From Alphaproteobacteria bacterium (lineage in GTDB: Bacteria; Pseudomonadota; Alphaproteobacteria; Paracaedibacterales; CAITNM01), in contig CANKYV010000006.1 in assembly GCA_947487955.1 (NCBI GenBank), forward strand, positions 1-62,048: a DNA stretch of 62,048 nucleotides. Direction: 5' to 3'. The first letter of the stretch is position 1. The number at the start of each line of letters is the position of its first letter. Below the pieces are notes generated by a model that saw only the letters and a list, made by a program, of their open reading frames with translations, had not been told where the DNA came from and made no database searches. A program made the position numbers and the translations under genes. Shown in pieces: positions 1-11,093 of this stretch.

Positions 1-145
1 TTAATGTTCAAAAAATTCGGGTGAAAGACGTGTGGCATTTAACTGCAAAACTATCTCGTAAAATTCTTGCTCACACTGCTGCTTTCTTTATCAAAAAGTC
101 TTTGCAGTTCGATCTAATCTTCTCTTAAAAACTCGCACACTGCGT
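1..145 (+). mobile_element. 3' end of an IS982-family insertion sequence (transposase C-terminus 3..128 plus right inverted repeat)
   Basis: Frame 3 reads NVQKIRVKDVWHLTAKLSRKILAHTAAFFIKKSLQFDLIFS*, resembling IS982-family C-termini (R-x-R-D-L-W-H-L...R-K-I-L-A-H-T). It is followed by AAACTCGCACACTGCGT, an IS982-like end. Confidence 0.7.
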
Positions 146-266
146 TTTATAACTTAATTTTATTGATATTTATTTTATCTTGCAACGATAGATGATGTTA
201 ATAATTTTCTTAAGGAGCACCAACAATATTGACCCACATATAGATTTAAGGCATATTTCTGGAGTT

Positions 267-343
267 GGGCCTGTAGTTCAGTTGGTTAGAACCCCCCGCT
301 CATAACGGGGATGTCACAGGTTCGAGTCCTGTCGGGCCCACCA
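267..343 (+). tRNA. tRNA with CAT anticodon, most likely tRNA-Ile2 (lysidine-modified)
   Basis: GGGCCTG/CGGGCCC acceptor stem, CCCCG-CTCATAA-CGGGG anticodon arm, GGTTCGAGTCC T-arm and encoded CCA. The GGGCC acceptor is typical of Ile2 rather than Met. Confidence 0.92.
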
Positions 344-344
344 T

Positions 345-1307
345 TTATTTTAATCCCTCAATAAATGTATTAACATACGCATTCATAAGCGCTTCATACG
401 CACCCTCTCCCGCTTGAATATCAGCCCCTAGATAATCAACAACAGCAAAAGAAATTTTTAAGGTGTCCGCATAGCTTTTTACAAGCGCTGTACCCATTTG
501 TCGTTCTGCATACAAACATCTAGGGTGAATAACTCCTTTTTGTATTGCTTTGCGGATTTTTAGTATGTGACCCGCACTTGGTGGCACACTTGGATCAATT
601 GAAATTGTAGCAACTGTTTTAACATCATACGCCGCATCAAAATATTGATTGCCATCGTGTTGAATAATATACGATTTACCTTTGTAAGGAGCCATTTTCC
701 ACAATAATTGCTGGTGAAGAACTTGCAAACGTGTCTTATAATCACTTGCATTTTTATTCAATAGATCATGATGGTTTGGATATAATTGCTTAAAACGTTC
801 TAAGACTACATCAACTACTTGCAGCATAATCAAGGGATTTAGCCAAATATGTCCGTCTAAATTCGCTTCTTGGTGGCTGTGATTTTCATGAGAATGTTCA
901 TGTTCATCGTGATGACAACAAGCATGTTCATCCCAAAACCTACCACTTCTAAGTGGTTTTAGCTTAATTAAAGGGCTATTTTGTATACTTAAAACGTTGC
1001 TTTTCAGTGCTTTTATATGTTTGCTAAGCAGTTGCTCGTAAATAGGGCCAATCCAAACAACAACTTTAGCACCTTTCAGTGCTTGCACTTGTGAAGGTTG
1101 AAGCTGAGCATGATGAGGAGAAACATATCCATCTAACAATAATACAGGAGTAGTAATACCTTTGGTAAGCGCACAAACTAAGCTATGCAATGGTTTTATT
1201 GAAACAACAATCTCACTGTGTGTAGTTTTTGCTGAGAACAAACTGAAATACAAAATAGCAAAGACAGCAATCATAGCAGTTGCTACAGATATTATTTTTT
1301 TGAACAC
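345..1307 (-). CDS. znuA: Zinc ABC transporter substrate-binding protein
   Basis: VVSIKPLHSL, SPHHAQLQPS, His-rich loop, DGHIWLNP and HDGNQYF motifs, plus an N-terminal hydrophobic segment. Confidence 0.9.
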   Translation of the reverse strand: MFKKIISVATAMIAVFAILYFSLFSAKTTHSEIVVSIKPLHSLVCALTKGITTPVLLLDGYVSPHHAQLQPSQVQALKGAKVVVWIGPIYEQLLSKHIKALKSNVLSIQNSPLIKLKPLRSGRFWDEHACCHHDEHEHSHENHSHQEANLDGHIWLNPLIMLQVVDVVLERFKQLYPNHHDLLNKNASDYKTRLQVLHQQLLWKMAPYKGKSYIIQHDGNQYFDAAYDVKTVATISIDPSVPPSAGHILKIRKAIQKGVIHPRCLYAERQMGTALVKSYADTLKISFAVVDYLGADIQAGEGAYEALMNAYVNTFIEGLK

Positions 1308-1752
1308 GAATATTCTTCCAAATTATAATTTAGGGGATACTAGCACACCTAGCGTTTGAAACAACTGATGTAAGCCTTGCCAAAACCAATCTCTAATTTG
1401 TCCACAAGAGCCATCTTTTTCAAGCATTGCCTCAAGAGCCTTATAACCTTTGGCCTTTATCAAGAATATTTTCACGTAGCAGATTATACTGTTAGTTGCG
1501 ATAAGAAAAAACTATTTTTTAGCCAGTAAAATATTGAGTTTTATTTAGGCCTGCCCACTTAAAAATTTGACAAGCCAAAGAAATAAGAGTATTCTGTCAG
1601 AGTATTTTTAATATAAGCGTTTGTGGAAATGACTTTTCTTTGTTCAAGAAATTCCATATCAGGCAAAATCTCTATTTTGTCAAACGCTTGGCGTTGGCAT
1701 AGCTAAATCTCCATTTTTTTCAAAAAATTAGATTAACTCGACACTGTTCTCA

Positions 1753-2793
1753 GTGTCTCAGATCATGAGAAATGCTATGACATCGCAACATTTTTGTAAA
1801 TTATTTATATCATTGCTTTTACTATGCATCCCCGCACATACGGAAAGTGAATCTTTCGCACAAGCTAAAGCTATATTTGAAATATTAAAACCTAATATTT
1901 TAGATTTTGACATTGATGCAATCTTAGATAATCAACAACCAGTTGAAATTTTATCCATATCCGAAAATAGCAAATACAAGCTAATTAAAAAGCTTGAAAA
2001 TATTATTAATCAAGGACTTTTTATAGACTTTCTTTGTCCTGCATTTCCATTTAAATCAGGGAACCACGATCAAAATACGATTTCAAGTAACGTTGACATG
2101 ACAGAATATCATAGTCTTAAGCACCTAAACCAAATGATTGAGGCCATTAAAACAATATATCCAAAAGTACATTTTACGATTGTAACTGATGGACTATTAT
2201 TTGCTGACTTATTCCATATTCCTGATGAAATTGTTTTAGCTTACGAGCGTGACTTAAAAAGACTCACCAAATTATTACCTCACATAACAATTAAACCAAT
2301 TTTTCAACTACTGTCACATGCAAACCAATCTCTTCAAACAATCAGAGAAGAGATTGGATGTATTGAAAAAACACAATTGATACCCCCCCCTAAAAATAAG
2401 AAACGCTTTGAAATTTTAAAAGCACGCATTCTTCAAGAAATTAATCATTCAAATCACCCTTACTTTCATATGCAAGCTTTTGATCGAGTAATTTATCTGG
2501 AAAAAATTGCTCAAGCAGTTATCGCTAGAGATGAGTTTGTTAAACAATTTATGAAACAATTTGAAACAGCTAATACCATTCGTTTGTCTACCCATTATCA
2601 AAAAGATATAAGTGAAAAAATTGGAATTAGGTTTTCAAATGATTCTTACGTAACACCATGGAATGGTGTTTTTGTACGAAAAGCAGATGGCACAGTTTCT
2701 ATTTTACGAAAACGTGAGATTGATACACATAGATTCAAGCTAGAGCACGAACTTCACAACAACGTAGAGTGCGCTTTCTATAATTGGCGCTAA
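1753..2793 (+). CDS. Dit1/PvcA-family isocyanide synthase-like protein with a signal-peptide-like N-terminus (likely start ATG 1777)
   Basis: FLCPAFPFKSGN, IVTDGLLFAD, IRLSTH and TPWNGV match Dit1/PvcA/IsnA family motifs. Confidence 0.8.
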   Translation: MSQIMRNAMTSQHFCKLFISLLLLCIPAHTESESFAQAKAIFEILKPNILDFDIDAILDNQQPVEILSISENSKYKLIKKLENIINQGLFIDFLCPAFPFKSGNHDQNTISSNVDMTEYHSLKHLNQMIEAIKTIYPKVHFTIVTDGLLFADLFHIPDEIVLAYERDLKRLTKLLPHITIKPIFQLLSHANQSLQTIREEIGCIEKTQLIPPPKNKKRFEILKARILQEINHSNHPYFHMQAFDRVIYLEKIAQAVIARDEFVKQFMKQFETANTIRLSTHYQKDISEKIGIRFSNDSYVTPWNGVFVRKADGTVSILRKREIDTHRFKLEHELHNNVECAFYNWR

Positions 2794-2883
2794 GCGCCTG
2801 ATATTTCTTAATTTTCCCATAACTAATACTCAACTTTTGTTGAGCATACAAAATGTATACTTAAATTTCACAAGGAGAAAAAA

Positions 2884-3928
2884 ATGTTAAAAAAAATATA
2901 CAGCATTATAGCAATAGCATTATACAGCTTTAGCGTTTTAAATGCCATCGATACGACCAGCGAAGATGTTGCAAAAATCATTAAAACATATCGAAAAAGT
3001 CTTCCAAGCATTACAAAAAAAATGCCCGAAAATATTACTCCTGAACAATGTATCATTAGATTTTTAAAACGCTTTCATCCGACCCCTAATACGCTAGAAG
3101 GAGATGAAGTGCTTGCGTTAAATATTAGCAGCATTTTAGCGCAAGGAAATGGGCTAACATTTCTTTTACCAGCTAATCCTTGCAAATCACGTAATACAGA
3201 AAGAAAAGTTCTAGGACTAAATCCTGATTTGGGCGAAGTTTTGGAAATTATTACCCTGAAATATATATGTGATAGCATAGCAGAGCTTTGTCATCAGCCT
3301 GTGAAGTGTGTATTGGTTTCTGATGGCGTAGCTTTTGGAGATATTTTAAGGATTTCTGAAGATGAAGTGCATGATTACGTAAGAAAAGTCAGACACTTAA
3401 TACGTGCTCAAGATGCTGATAATGTAGTTACATTAATGATGTTAGGAGATTTTCCCTGGCACTCCGTTTTTTGAGAAATCATTCAGTGAGATACAAGCAG
3501 GGCTTGATAGCATTGAATGCAAAAAACCCACAGGCATATTAGAACGCTTCGTAAGTGATGAATTTCACTGTAGTTATTATCAAGACATCAAAAAATCTGA
3601 TATCCCCCTTATTGCAAGATCTATTGAAAAAAGAGGAACACAGTTTGGAGTTTACCTAAGAAATTACGTTTTCCAAGAACACATGGTTAGACTTTCAATG
3701 AACATGCATCACACACAAATTTGCGAAGCCCTCCCTATACGATTGGTTTATGGAACAAGTGGCTCTCCATGGCACCATGCTCTAATTGTAGATTCCAAAA
3801 AAAATGTAAAGTTCTCATACAGAGAAAATGAAGAATCTAGTGAACTACGTTCAGGAAAATATAAAGGAATCGATATACAATGGATGAAATATTTAGCAAC
3901 ATCCAGCAGTTATAGTGGATGGAATTAA
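2884..3928 (+). pseudogene. Second Dit1/PvcA-family gene, split by a frameshift at about 3446-3472
   Basis: 2884..3474 has LLPANPCKSRN...KVLGLNPDLGE and VSDGVAFGD. The +1 frame is open 3446..3928 and has VRLSMNMH and SPWHHALIV. Rejoined length is about 347 aa, like the neighbour. Confidence 0.75.
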
Positions 3929-4058
3929 AATTCCACACTTGAAATAAGTAAAATAAAAGGGAAATAAGTTATTTAAGTAGTAACTAATTTCCCTTAACAC
4001 TTCCTTAAAACACTCTTGTTAGGCTATAGTAACCCACAATAATAAAATGATTTTTTAG

Positions 4059-4508
4059 ATGCGACACAATTTTTTAGAAACAATCACGGGCGCTATAGTC
4101 TTGCTTGTAGCAGGAATTTTTTTTGCATTTGGATATCAATTCTCAACTTCTACTCATAAAGAAACATTTAGAATTTTTGCGCGTTTTGACAGAGTAGACG
4201 GGGTATCTATTGGTAATGATGTACGCATAGGTGGAGTTATTGTTGGTCATATTAATCACATATCAATTGATAAAAAGAACTTTAAAGCTATTGTAGCAAT
4301 GGATATTGACGCATCTTTAAAACTTCCAAAAGATAGCTCTGCTGAAATCAGCAGCGAAAGTTTAATGGGTGGAAAATACGTTAACCTATCTCCAGGTGGA
4401 GATGACGCATTTTTAAAGCAGGGAGATACTATTTCTTTAACTCAATCATCCGTCAGTCTTGAAAGCTTGCTTAGTAAGTACATTTTCAGCGATAAAGATA
4501 AGAAATAA
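4059..4508 (+). CDS. mlaD: Outer-membrane lipid asymmetry protein MlaD (MCE domain)
   Basis: N-terminal TM, then ARFDRVDGV...DVRIGGV.VG and SESLMGGKYVNLSPGG. Confidence 0.9.
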   Translation: MRHNFLETITGAIVLLVAGIFFAFGYQFSTSTHKETFRIFARFDRVDGVSIGNDVRIGGVIVGHINHISIDKKNFKAIVAMDIDASLKLPKDSSAEISSESLMGGKYVNLSPGGDDAFLKQGDTISLTQSSVSLESLLSKYIFSDKDKK

Positions 4509-4564
4509 GCATATATTGATAGGCTTTGCGATTTAAGCTGAGTCGTTGTAGGGGAAAAGTATTC

Positions 4565-6346
4565 ATGACCACAGTGCAACTGCGCTTGAAAGACGCTTGC
4601 GTTCGCTTTAGCGGTACTCCTGTTTTTGAAAAGTTAACAGCACAAATTTGTGACGGTGATCGCATTTGTTTGGTTGGCCGCAATGGTTGCGGAAAATCAA
4701 CCTTGCTCAAAGCACTTGCAAAAATCTATGAACTTGACGAAGGTGAGTACTTTTTATTATCTAGTCAAAATTTGGTGTATCTTGAACAAGATAAAACCTA
4801 CCCATTAGATGTAACAACCGCTGAATTATTAGAATCCTATGGTGCAAAGCCCCATGAAGCCAGATCAATTCTTGATAAATTAGGGATTGCTGCCAATATC
4901 ACATTAAATAGTGCATCTGGTGGGCAAAGGCGGCGATTTGCGCTAGCTGAGAGTTTAGTAAGAAACCCCACAATCCTTTTACTTGATGAGCCAACCAACC
5001 ATCTTGATTTACCCAGCATTCAATGGCTAGAAGAATACCTTTCCAAGTTCAAAGGCGCAGTAGTCATGATCAGCCATGATCGACGTTTTTTGGAAAAAGC
5101 TTCAAACATGACTTGGTGGCTTGATCGTGGCATATTACACGTGAATAAAAAGGGCTTCAAAGATTTTGATGATTGGTCAGCAATGCTGATAGAAGAGGAA
5201 GAAAGACGTCTGGAAAAACTTAATACGCGCTTACGCCTGGAAACAGATTGGTTGCATTATGGAGTTACCGCGAGACGAAAACGCAATCAAGGACGATTGC
5301 AACGCCTACATGAACTGCGGAGTGAACGCCGTGATATGATGCAAAATAAGACCCGCTCTATTGATGTGAATCCTGTTAACTTGCCACGAGGCAGCAAAAT
5401 TATTATTGAAGCTAAGGACATTCAAAAGTCATATGGTGAAAAAACAGTTGTGCAGCCTTTTTCCTGTCGTATTTTGCATCAGGACAAAATTGGCATTATT
5501 GGTCCAAATGGTGCTGGCAAAAGTACATTAGTAAAAATGTTGGTAGGTGAACTATCACCCGATTCTGGCCATGTGAAGCACGGCACAACATTGAAAGTTA
5601 CTTACATTGATCAGATGCGGTCAGAGCTTAATCCAACCGATACATTATGGCAAACTTTATGCCCAGAAGGCGGTGATCAAGTATGGGTTGGCAACGAAAC
5701 CAAGCACGTGGTTGGATACTTAAAAGAATTTTTATTTAATGAAGACCAAATTCGTGGGCAGGTAAGTATTTTATCGGGCGGTGAAAAAAATCGCCTACTT
5801 CTTGCAAAAGCGCTGGCAAATCCAGGAAATTTACTTGTATTAGATGAGCCTACCAATGATTTGGACATGGATACATTGGATTTGCTGGTAGAATGTTTGC
5901 AACAGTACAATGGTACGTTGATTGTAGTAAGCCATGATCGTGATTTCTTGGATCGCACAGTAACCTCCACCTATGTTACGTCAGATTCAGGTGAGATACA
6001 GGAATACGTAGGCGGATACAGTGATATTGAACATTACTTAAAAGCTGCTCAAAAATCTGTTAGTAAAGTTAAACAAAAAGAAGTGCTGCCTGAGAAAAAT
6101 TCTGCACCTAAGCGCCTGTCATACAATCTTAAGCGTGAGTGGGATGATCTGCCAAAAAAGATAAAAACACTGGAAGTACGCATTGGTGATCTATCTGCCC
6201 TTTTAGAAGATGTGACGTTGTATGAAAAAAATCCGCATCAATTCAAAACTTTAAGCGAAGAATTGCAGCAATGCCAAGAAGCATTAGATTCAGCTGAAAC
6301 CCGCTGGCTTGAATTGGAAATGATGGCTGAAGAATTAAAGGGTTAA
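4565..6346 (+). CDS. uup: ABC-F family ATPase, Uup-like
   Basis: Two ABC domains (GRNGCGKS, GPNGAGKS; LDEPTN twice), GVTARRKRNQGR linker and C-terminal coiled coil. Confidence 0.88.
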   Translation: MTTVQLRLKDACVRFSGTPVFEKLTAQICDGDRICLVGRNGCGKSTLLKALAKIYELDEGEYFLLSSQNLVYLEQDKTYPLDVTTAELLESYGAKPHEARSILDKLGIAANITLNSASGGQRRRFALAESLVRNPTILLLDEPTNHLDLPSIQWLEEYLSKFKGAVVMISHDRRFLEKASNMTWWLDRGILHVNKKGFKDFDDWSAMLIEEEERRLEKLNTRLRLETDWLHYGVTARRKRNQGRLQRLHELRSERRDMMQNKTRSIDVNPVNLPRGSKIIIEAKDIQKSYGEKTVVQPFSCRILHQDKIGIIGPNGAGKSTLVKMLVGELSPDSGHVKHGTTLKVTYIDQMRSELNPTDTLWQTLCPEGGDQVWVGNETKHVVGYLKEFLFNEDQIRGQVSILSGGEKNRLLLAKALANPGNLLVLDEPTNDLDMDTLDLLVECLQQYNGTLIVVSHDRDFLDRTVTSTYVTSDSGEIQEYVGGYSDIEHYLKAAQKSVSKVKQKEVLPEKNSAPKRLSYNLKREWDDLPKKIKTLEVRIGDLSALLEDVTLYEKNPHQFKTLSEELQQCQEALDSAETRWLELEMMAEELKG

Positions 6347-6535
6347 AAATTCAAGCAGAATTGATTATTTTAAGCTTGCATTTTTGGCCTTCATATCTAC
6401 ATATAGTGTATAATTTAAAATATTAGAGAATACATATTTAAGGTATGGTCTTTTTTTATTTTAGAAATTTTAACGCCTGGGCAAGGCACTTAACATAAGC
6501 ATTAAGATGCAACCTTATTTAATTATTAAAAGCTA

Positions 6536-7189
6536 ATGTTTGAAGATATTTTAGATCATTCTTTTAAAAGAAAAACCTTGCTAGCACAGGCACTTACTCC
6601 GCCAGTTTTGCAACAACGAAAACAAGGGAAAGCTTTTGAACGTTTAGAATTTTTAGGAGATCGAATTCTGGGGTTAGTTATTGCCGAAGCCTTGTACTCG
6701 CATTACACCCATGATGAAGAAGGTAAGCTTGCTAAACGGCTTTCATATCTAACGTCACGAGAGTTTTGTCATATCGTTGCAGAGCGTATTAACCTGGCAC
6801 AATTTTTACCCATTTCGGCAGATGAATTAAAAGGCACATCAATTCTTGCAAATTGCATAGAAGCAATTATTGCGGCTTTATACATTGATGGCAGAATGGA
6901 AGCGGCACAAAGTTTTATTCACAAATATTGGAAAAATGAAATTTATGCGTTGGAGGAATTGCCCAAAGATCCTAAAACTCTTGTACAAGAATGGGCCCAA
7001 AAGCGTGGCATGGATATTCCTGAATACATAGAAATTGAGCGTTCTGGCCCAGATCATGCTCCTACATACACTCTTAAAATTTCTTTAACAAATGGCCTAA
7101 CGGCCGTTGGTGAAGGTAAAAATAAGAAACTCGCAGAACGTAATGCAGCACAAAGACTTTGGAGTATTATTGATTCTGAGATAAAGTGA
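6536..7189 (+). CDS. rnc: Ribonuclease III
   Basis: ERLEFLGDRILG signature and C-terminal dsRBD (DPKTLVQEWAQ...GPDHAP). Confidence 0.95.
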   Translation: MFEDILDHSFKRKTLLAQALTPPVLQQRKQGKAFERLEFLGDRILGLVIAEALYSHYTHDEEGKLAKRLSYLTSREFCHIVAERINLAQFLPISADELKGTSILANCIEAIIAALYIDGRMEAAQSFIHKYWKNEIYALEELPKDPKTLVQEWAQKRGMDIPEYIEIERSGPDHAPTYTLKISLTNGLTAVGEGKNKKLAERNAAQRLWSIIDSEIK

Positions 7190-7376
7190 CTAATAATGTT
7201 ATGAAATTTTTTTATTAGCACAAAAAATTAGCTATTGAGCCACCTATTTTATTAGCACTCAATGTTATCCACAAAAAAAGCCACTTTGGTTAACTATTTC
7301 TTGACTTTTGAGACGCATAGTTGAAGTATAGGGTGACGAATTTTGTTGCTGCTAATAAGTTTAATGTGGAGAAAAT

Positions 7377-8642
7377 ATGAGCAAATCTTCTGGTGATAGT
7401 AAAAATACTTTGTATTGCTCTTTTTGTGGAAAAAGTCAGCATGAAGTCCGTAAATTAATTGCAGGACCAACTGTATTCATCTGTGATGAATGCGTTGATC
7501 TTTGTACTGATATCATTCAAGAAGAAAATGCAGTTCCTCGTTTATTAACTGAAGGTGTCCCATCTCCTTTAGAAATTCGTAAGGTTCTTGATGATTATGT
7601 AATTGGACAAGAACATGCAAAAAAAGTTCTCTCAGTTGCTGTACACAATCACTATAAGCGTCTCAACCATAGTGGCCATAATGCCGGAGATGTTGAAATT
7701 GCTAAATCAAACATTATGCTGGTAGGACCTACCGGTAGTGGTAAAACCTTATTAGCACAAACTTTGGCACGTATTATTGATGTTCCTTTTACCATGGCAG
7801 ATGCAACCACACTAACTGAGGCAGGTTATGTAGGCGAAGACGTAGAAAATATTATTCTAAAGCTTCTACAGGCTGCTGATTATAATGTTGAACGAGCACA
7901 ACGCGGTATTGTTTATATCGATGAAGTTGATAAGATTTCCAGAAAATCTGATAATCCTTCAATCACGCGCGATGTTTCTGGTGAAGGAGTACAACAGGCG
8001 CTACTAAAAATTATGGAAGGAACGGTTGCTTCTGTCCCTCCTCAAGGTGGACGCAAGCATCCTCAGCAAGAATTTTTGCAAGTCGATACTACCAATATTT
8101 TATTCATTTGCGGAGGCGCCTTTGCAGGACTAGAAAAAATTATTGCTGGTCGTAAAAAGGGTAGTGGAATAGGATTTGGAGTAGATGTAAAAGGCCCGCA
8201 GGATCATAAAGTGGGCGAACTCTTACGTGATCTTGAACCAGAAGATTTGCTAAAATTTGGTCTCATCCCAGAATTTATTGGCCGTCTCCCAGTAGTTGCA
8301 ACATTGGGCGATTTAGATGAAGCAGCATTAGTTGAAATTTTATCTACACCTAAAAATGCGTTACTAAAACAATATGCACGTTTATTTGAAATGGAAGATG
8401 TAAAACTAACCTTTGAAAATGAAGCTCTTCATTCAGTCGCTCAAAAAGCCATTTTGCGAAAAACTGGCGCCAGAGGACTACGCTCAATTATGGAAAGTAT
8501 TTTACTTGATCCGATGTATGAGTTACCCTCAAGAGAAGATGTGGAAGAAGTTATCATTAATAAAAAAGTAGTGGAAGACAAGGGTGAACCCGTAGTTGTT
8601 CTAAAACAAGAAGAACCAAAACGTAAAGAGAGTGCACGTTAA
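7377..8642 (+). CDS. clpX: Clp protease ATP-binding subunit ClpX
   Basis: CSFCGK...CDEC zinc finger, [15 protein letters not shown] and IGF loop. Confidence 0.97.
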   Translation: MSKSSGDSKNTLYCSFCGKSQHEVRKLIAGPTVFICDECVDLCTDIIQEENAVPRLLTEGVPSPLEIRKVLDDYVIGQEHAKKVLSVAVHNHYKRLNHSGHNAGDVEIAKSNIMLVGPTGSGKTLLAQTLARIIDVPFTMADATTLTEAGYVGEDVENIILKLLQAADYNVERAQRGIVYIDEVDKISRKSDNPSITRDVSGEGVQQALLKIMEGTVASVPPQGGRKHPQQEFLQVDTTNILFICGGAFAGLEKIIAGRKKGSGIGFGVDVKGPQDHKVGELLRDLEPEDLLKFGLIPEFIGRLPVVATLGDLDEAALVEILSTPKNALLKQYARLFEMEDVKLTFENEALHSVAQKAILRKTGARGLRSIMESILLDPMYELPSREDVEEVIINKKVVEDKGEPVVVLKQEEPKRKESAR

Positions 8643-11074
8643 TGGCTAAGAAAAGCGAATTGCTTTCAATTACTCAAGGAGATCTATTTCCAGTATTGCC
8701 TTTGCGCGATATCGTAGTTTTCCCTCATATGATTGTGCCGCTTTTTGTAGGGCGTGATAAGTCAGTGTTGGCATTAGAAGAAATGATGGTTTCCAACAAA
8801 AAAGAACTTATATTAGTTACGCAAAAAAATCCTTCAGATGACAATCCAGAAGCTAAAGACCTATACTCGGTTGGAACACTTGGCACTTTGTTACAACTTT
8901 TAAAGCTTCCCGATGGCACTGTTAAAGTACTAGTTGAAGGCACTCAGCGTGTACGCCTAAACCAATTTGTTGATGACTCTCCTTTTTTCCAAGCTTATGG
9001 ATCAGTTATTACTGAAGAAGATGGTTCCGAAGAAGAATTAGAAGCACTCATACGTGCTGTGGTTTCACAGTTTGAGCAATACGTTAAACTTAATAGAAAA
9101 ATTCCACCTGAAGTTCTGGTAACTGTTAACCAAATTGCAGATCCAGCAAAACTTGCAGACACAGTTGCTTCTTATTTTAGCTTAAAAATTCCTGACAAGC
9201 AGATCTTACTTGAGACGGCCAATATTAGTAAGCGTTTAGAAAAAGTTCTTGGTTATATTGAAAGTGAAAGTGCTGTTTTACACGTAGAGAAGAAAATTCG
9301 TACTCGCGTTAAAAAGCAAATGGAAAAAACGCAACGTGAATATTACCTTAACGAACAGCTAAAAGCGATCAATCGCGAATTAGGTGAAGGTGAAGAAAGT
9401 AAAGATGAAATTGCTGAGTTAGAAGAAAAAATTAAGAAAGTAAAACTTAGTAAAGAAGCTAAAGAAAAAGCTCTTGCGGAAGTTCGTAAGTTAAAAACCA
9501 TGAATTCTTCGTCTGCAGAGTCCACAGTATTACGCAATTACTTAGATTGGCTTTTAAATTTACCTTGGAAACAGCGTAGTCGCACCAAGAATAATCTAAC
9601 CACAGCGGAAAATATTTTAAACAAAGATCATTATGGTCTTGATAAAGTTAAAGAACGTATCTTAGAGTACCTTGCTGTACAAGCACGAGTTGGAAAAGTT
9701 CGCGGTCAAATTTTGTGCCTAGTAGGCCCTCCAGGTGTAGGAAAAACCAGTCTCGGGAAATCACTAGCTAAAGCTACGGGTAGAAATTTTGTTCGTATCT
9801 CTTTAGGAGGTGTACGCGACGAATCTGAAATTCGAGGACATAGACGTACATATATTGGGTCTATGCCTGGAAAAATTATTCAAGGAATGAAAAAAGCAAA
9901 AGCATCAAATCCTTTATTCCTTCTAGATGAGATTGATAAACTTGGAAGTGACTGGCGAGGAGATCCTGCATCTGCATTGCTGGAAGTGCTAGATCCTGAA
10001 CAAAATTCTACGTTTAATGATCATTACCTGGAGGTTGATTATGACCTTTCTGACGTAATGTTTATTACAACAGCAAATACGCTAAAAATGCCTCAACCAT
10101 TGCTTGATCGTATGGAAATTATTCGTATTCCAGGTTACACAGAGGATGAAAAATTAGTTATAGCTAAACAGCACTTAATTCCAAAGCAGATGGAACAGCA
10201 TGGCTTAAAAGCAACTGAATTTTCGGTCAATGATGAAGCAATATTAACGCTTATTCGCAATTATACTCGTGAAGCAGGTGTACGCAGTCTTGAGCGCGAA
10301 GTTACTAATCTTTGCCGCAAAGTTGTCCGCGAAATTATGAGTGCAAAAGTTAAAAAAATTAAAATTAATAAAGAGAATTTAGGAAAATACGCCGGTATAA
10401 AACGCTTCAGATATGGACTAGCAGAGGAAAAAGATACTATTGGTGTTACAACAGGACTTGCTTGGACAGAATCTGGCGGTGAGTTATTAAGTATTGAAGC
10501 AGTTGTATTACCTGGAAAAGGCAAAACGCTAATTACCGGTAAACTAGGCGATGTAATGCAAGAATCTGTTCAAGCAGCGCTTAGCTACGTTCGTGCACGT
10601 TCAACGCAGTTTGGATTAAAACCAAGCTTGTTTGAACGTAAAGACATACATATTCATGTGCCAGAAGGAGCTATTCCTAAGGATGGTCCATCTGCAGGTA
10701 TTACAATGTGCACTTCAATTGTTTCCGTACTAACGGGCATTCCTGTATCAAAAGATGTTGCGATGACTGGTGAAGTTACATTGCGTGGTAATGTACTACC
10801 TATAGGCGGCTTAAAAGAAAAGCTACTTGCTGCTCACCGTGGAGGCGTTAAGACTGTAATTATTCCTTATGATAATGAAAAAGATCTTGCTGAAATCCCA
10901 GATAACGTCACAAAGGGCTTAACGATTATCCCCGTTAAGCACGTAGATGAAGTGTTACGACTAGCACTCTCTAGTGAGCTACAACCAATTGAATATTCAG
11001 AAGATGAAGAGGGAAATGAAAAAAGATCTGGCCTGACTGATAAAGAAACTTTAGCAAGTCAAACAGTACAGTGA
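8642..11074 (+). CDS. lon: Lon protease
   Basis: LON N-domain, [17 protein letters not shown] and GGLKEKLL. Confidence 0.97.
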   Translation: MAKKSELLSITQGDLFPVLPLRDIVVFPHMIVPLFVGRDKSVLALEEMMVSNKKELILVTQKNPSDDNPEAKDLYSVGTLGTLLQLLKLPDGTVKVLVEGTQRVRLNQFVDDSPFFQAYGSVITEEDGSEEELEALIRAVVSQFEQYVKLNRKIPPEVLVTVNQIADPAKLADTVASYFSLKIPDKQILLETANISKRLEKVLGYIESESAVLHVEKKIRTRVKKQMEKTQREYYLNEQLKAINRELGEGEESKDEIAELEEKIKKVKLSKEAKEKALAEVRKLKTMNSSSAESTVLRNYLDWLLNLPWKQRSRTKNNLTTAENILNKDHYGLDKVKERILEYLAVQARVGKVRGQILCLVGPPGVGKTSLGKSLAKATGRNFVRISLGGVRDESEIRGHRRTYIGSMPGKIIQGMKKAKASNPLFLLDEIDKLGSDWRGDPASALLEVLDPEQNSTFNDHYLEVDYDLSDVMFITTANTLKMPQPLLDRMEIIRIPGYTEDEKLVIAKQHLIPKQMEQHGLKATEFSVNDEAILTLIRNYTREAGVRSLEREVTNLCRKVVREIMSAKVKKIKINKENLGKYAGIKRFRYGLAEEKDTIGVTTGLAWTESGGELLSIEAVVLPGKGKTLITGKLGDVMQESVQAALSYVRARSTQFGLKPSLFERKDIHIHVPEGAIPKDGPSAGITMCTSIVSVLTGIPVSKDVAMTGEVTLRGNVLPIGGLKEKLLAAHRGGVKTVIIPYDNEKDLAEIPDNVTKGLTIIPVKHVDEVLRLALSSELQPIEYSEDEEGNEKRSGLTDKETLASQTVQ

Positions 11075-11093
11075 TATATGAATGCGAAAGTAC

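Noticed and set aside
1323-1475. 50-codon minus-strand ORF upstream of znuA (MKIFLIKAKGY...)
   Set aside because: No RBS and no recognisable family; cannot be supported.
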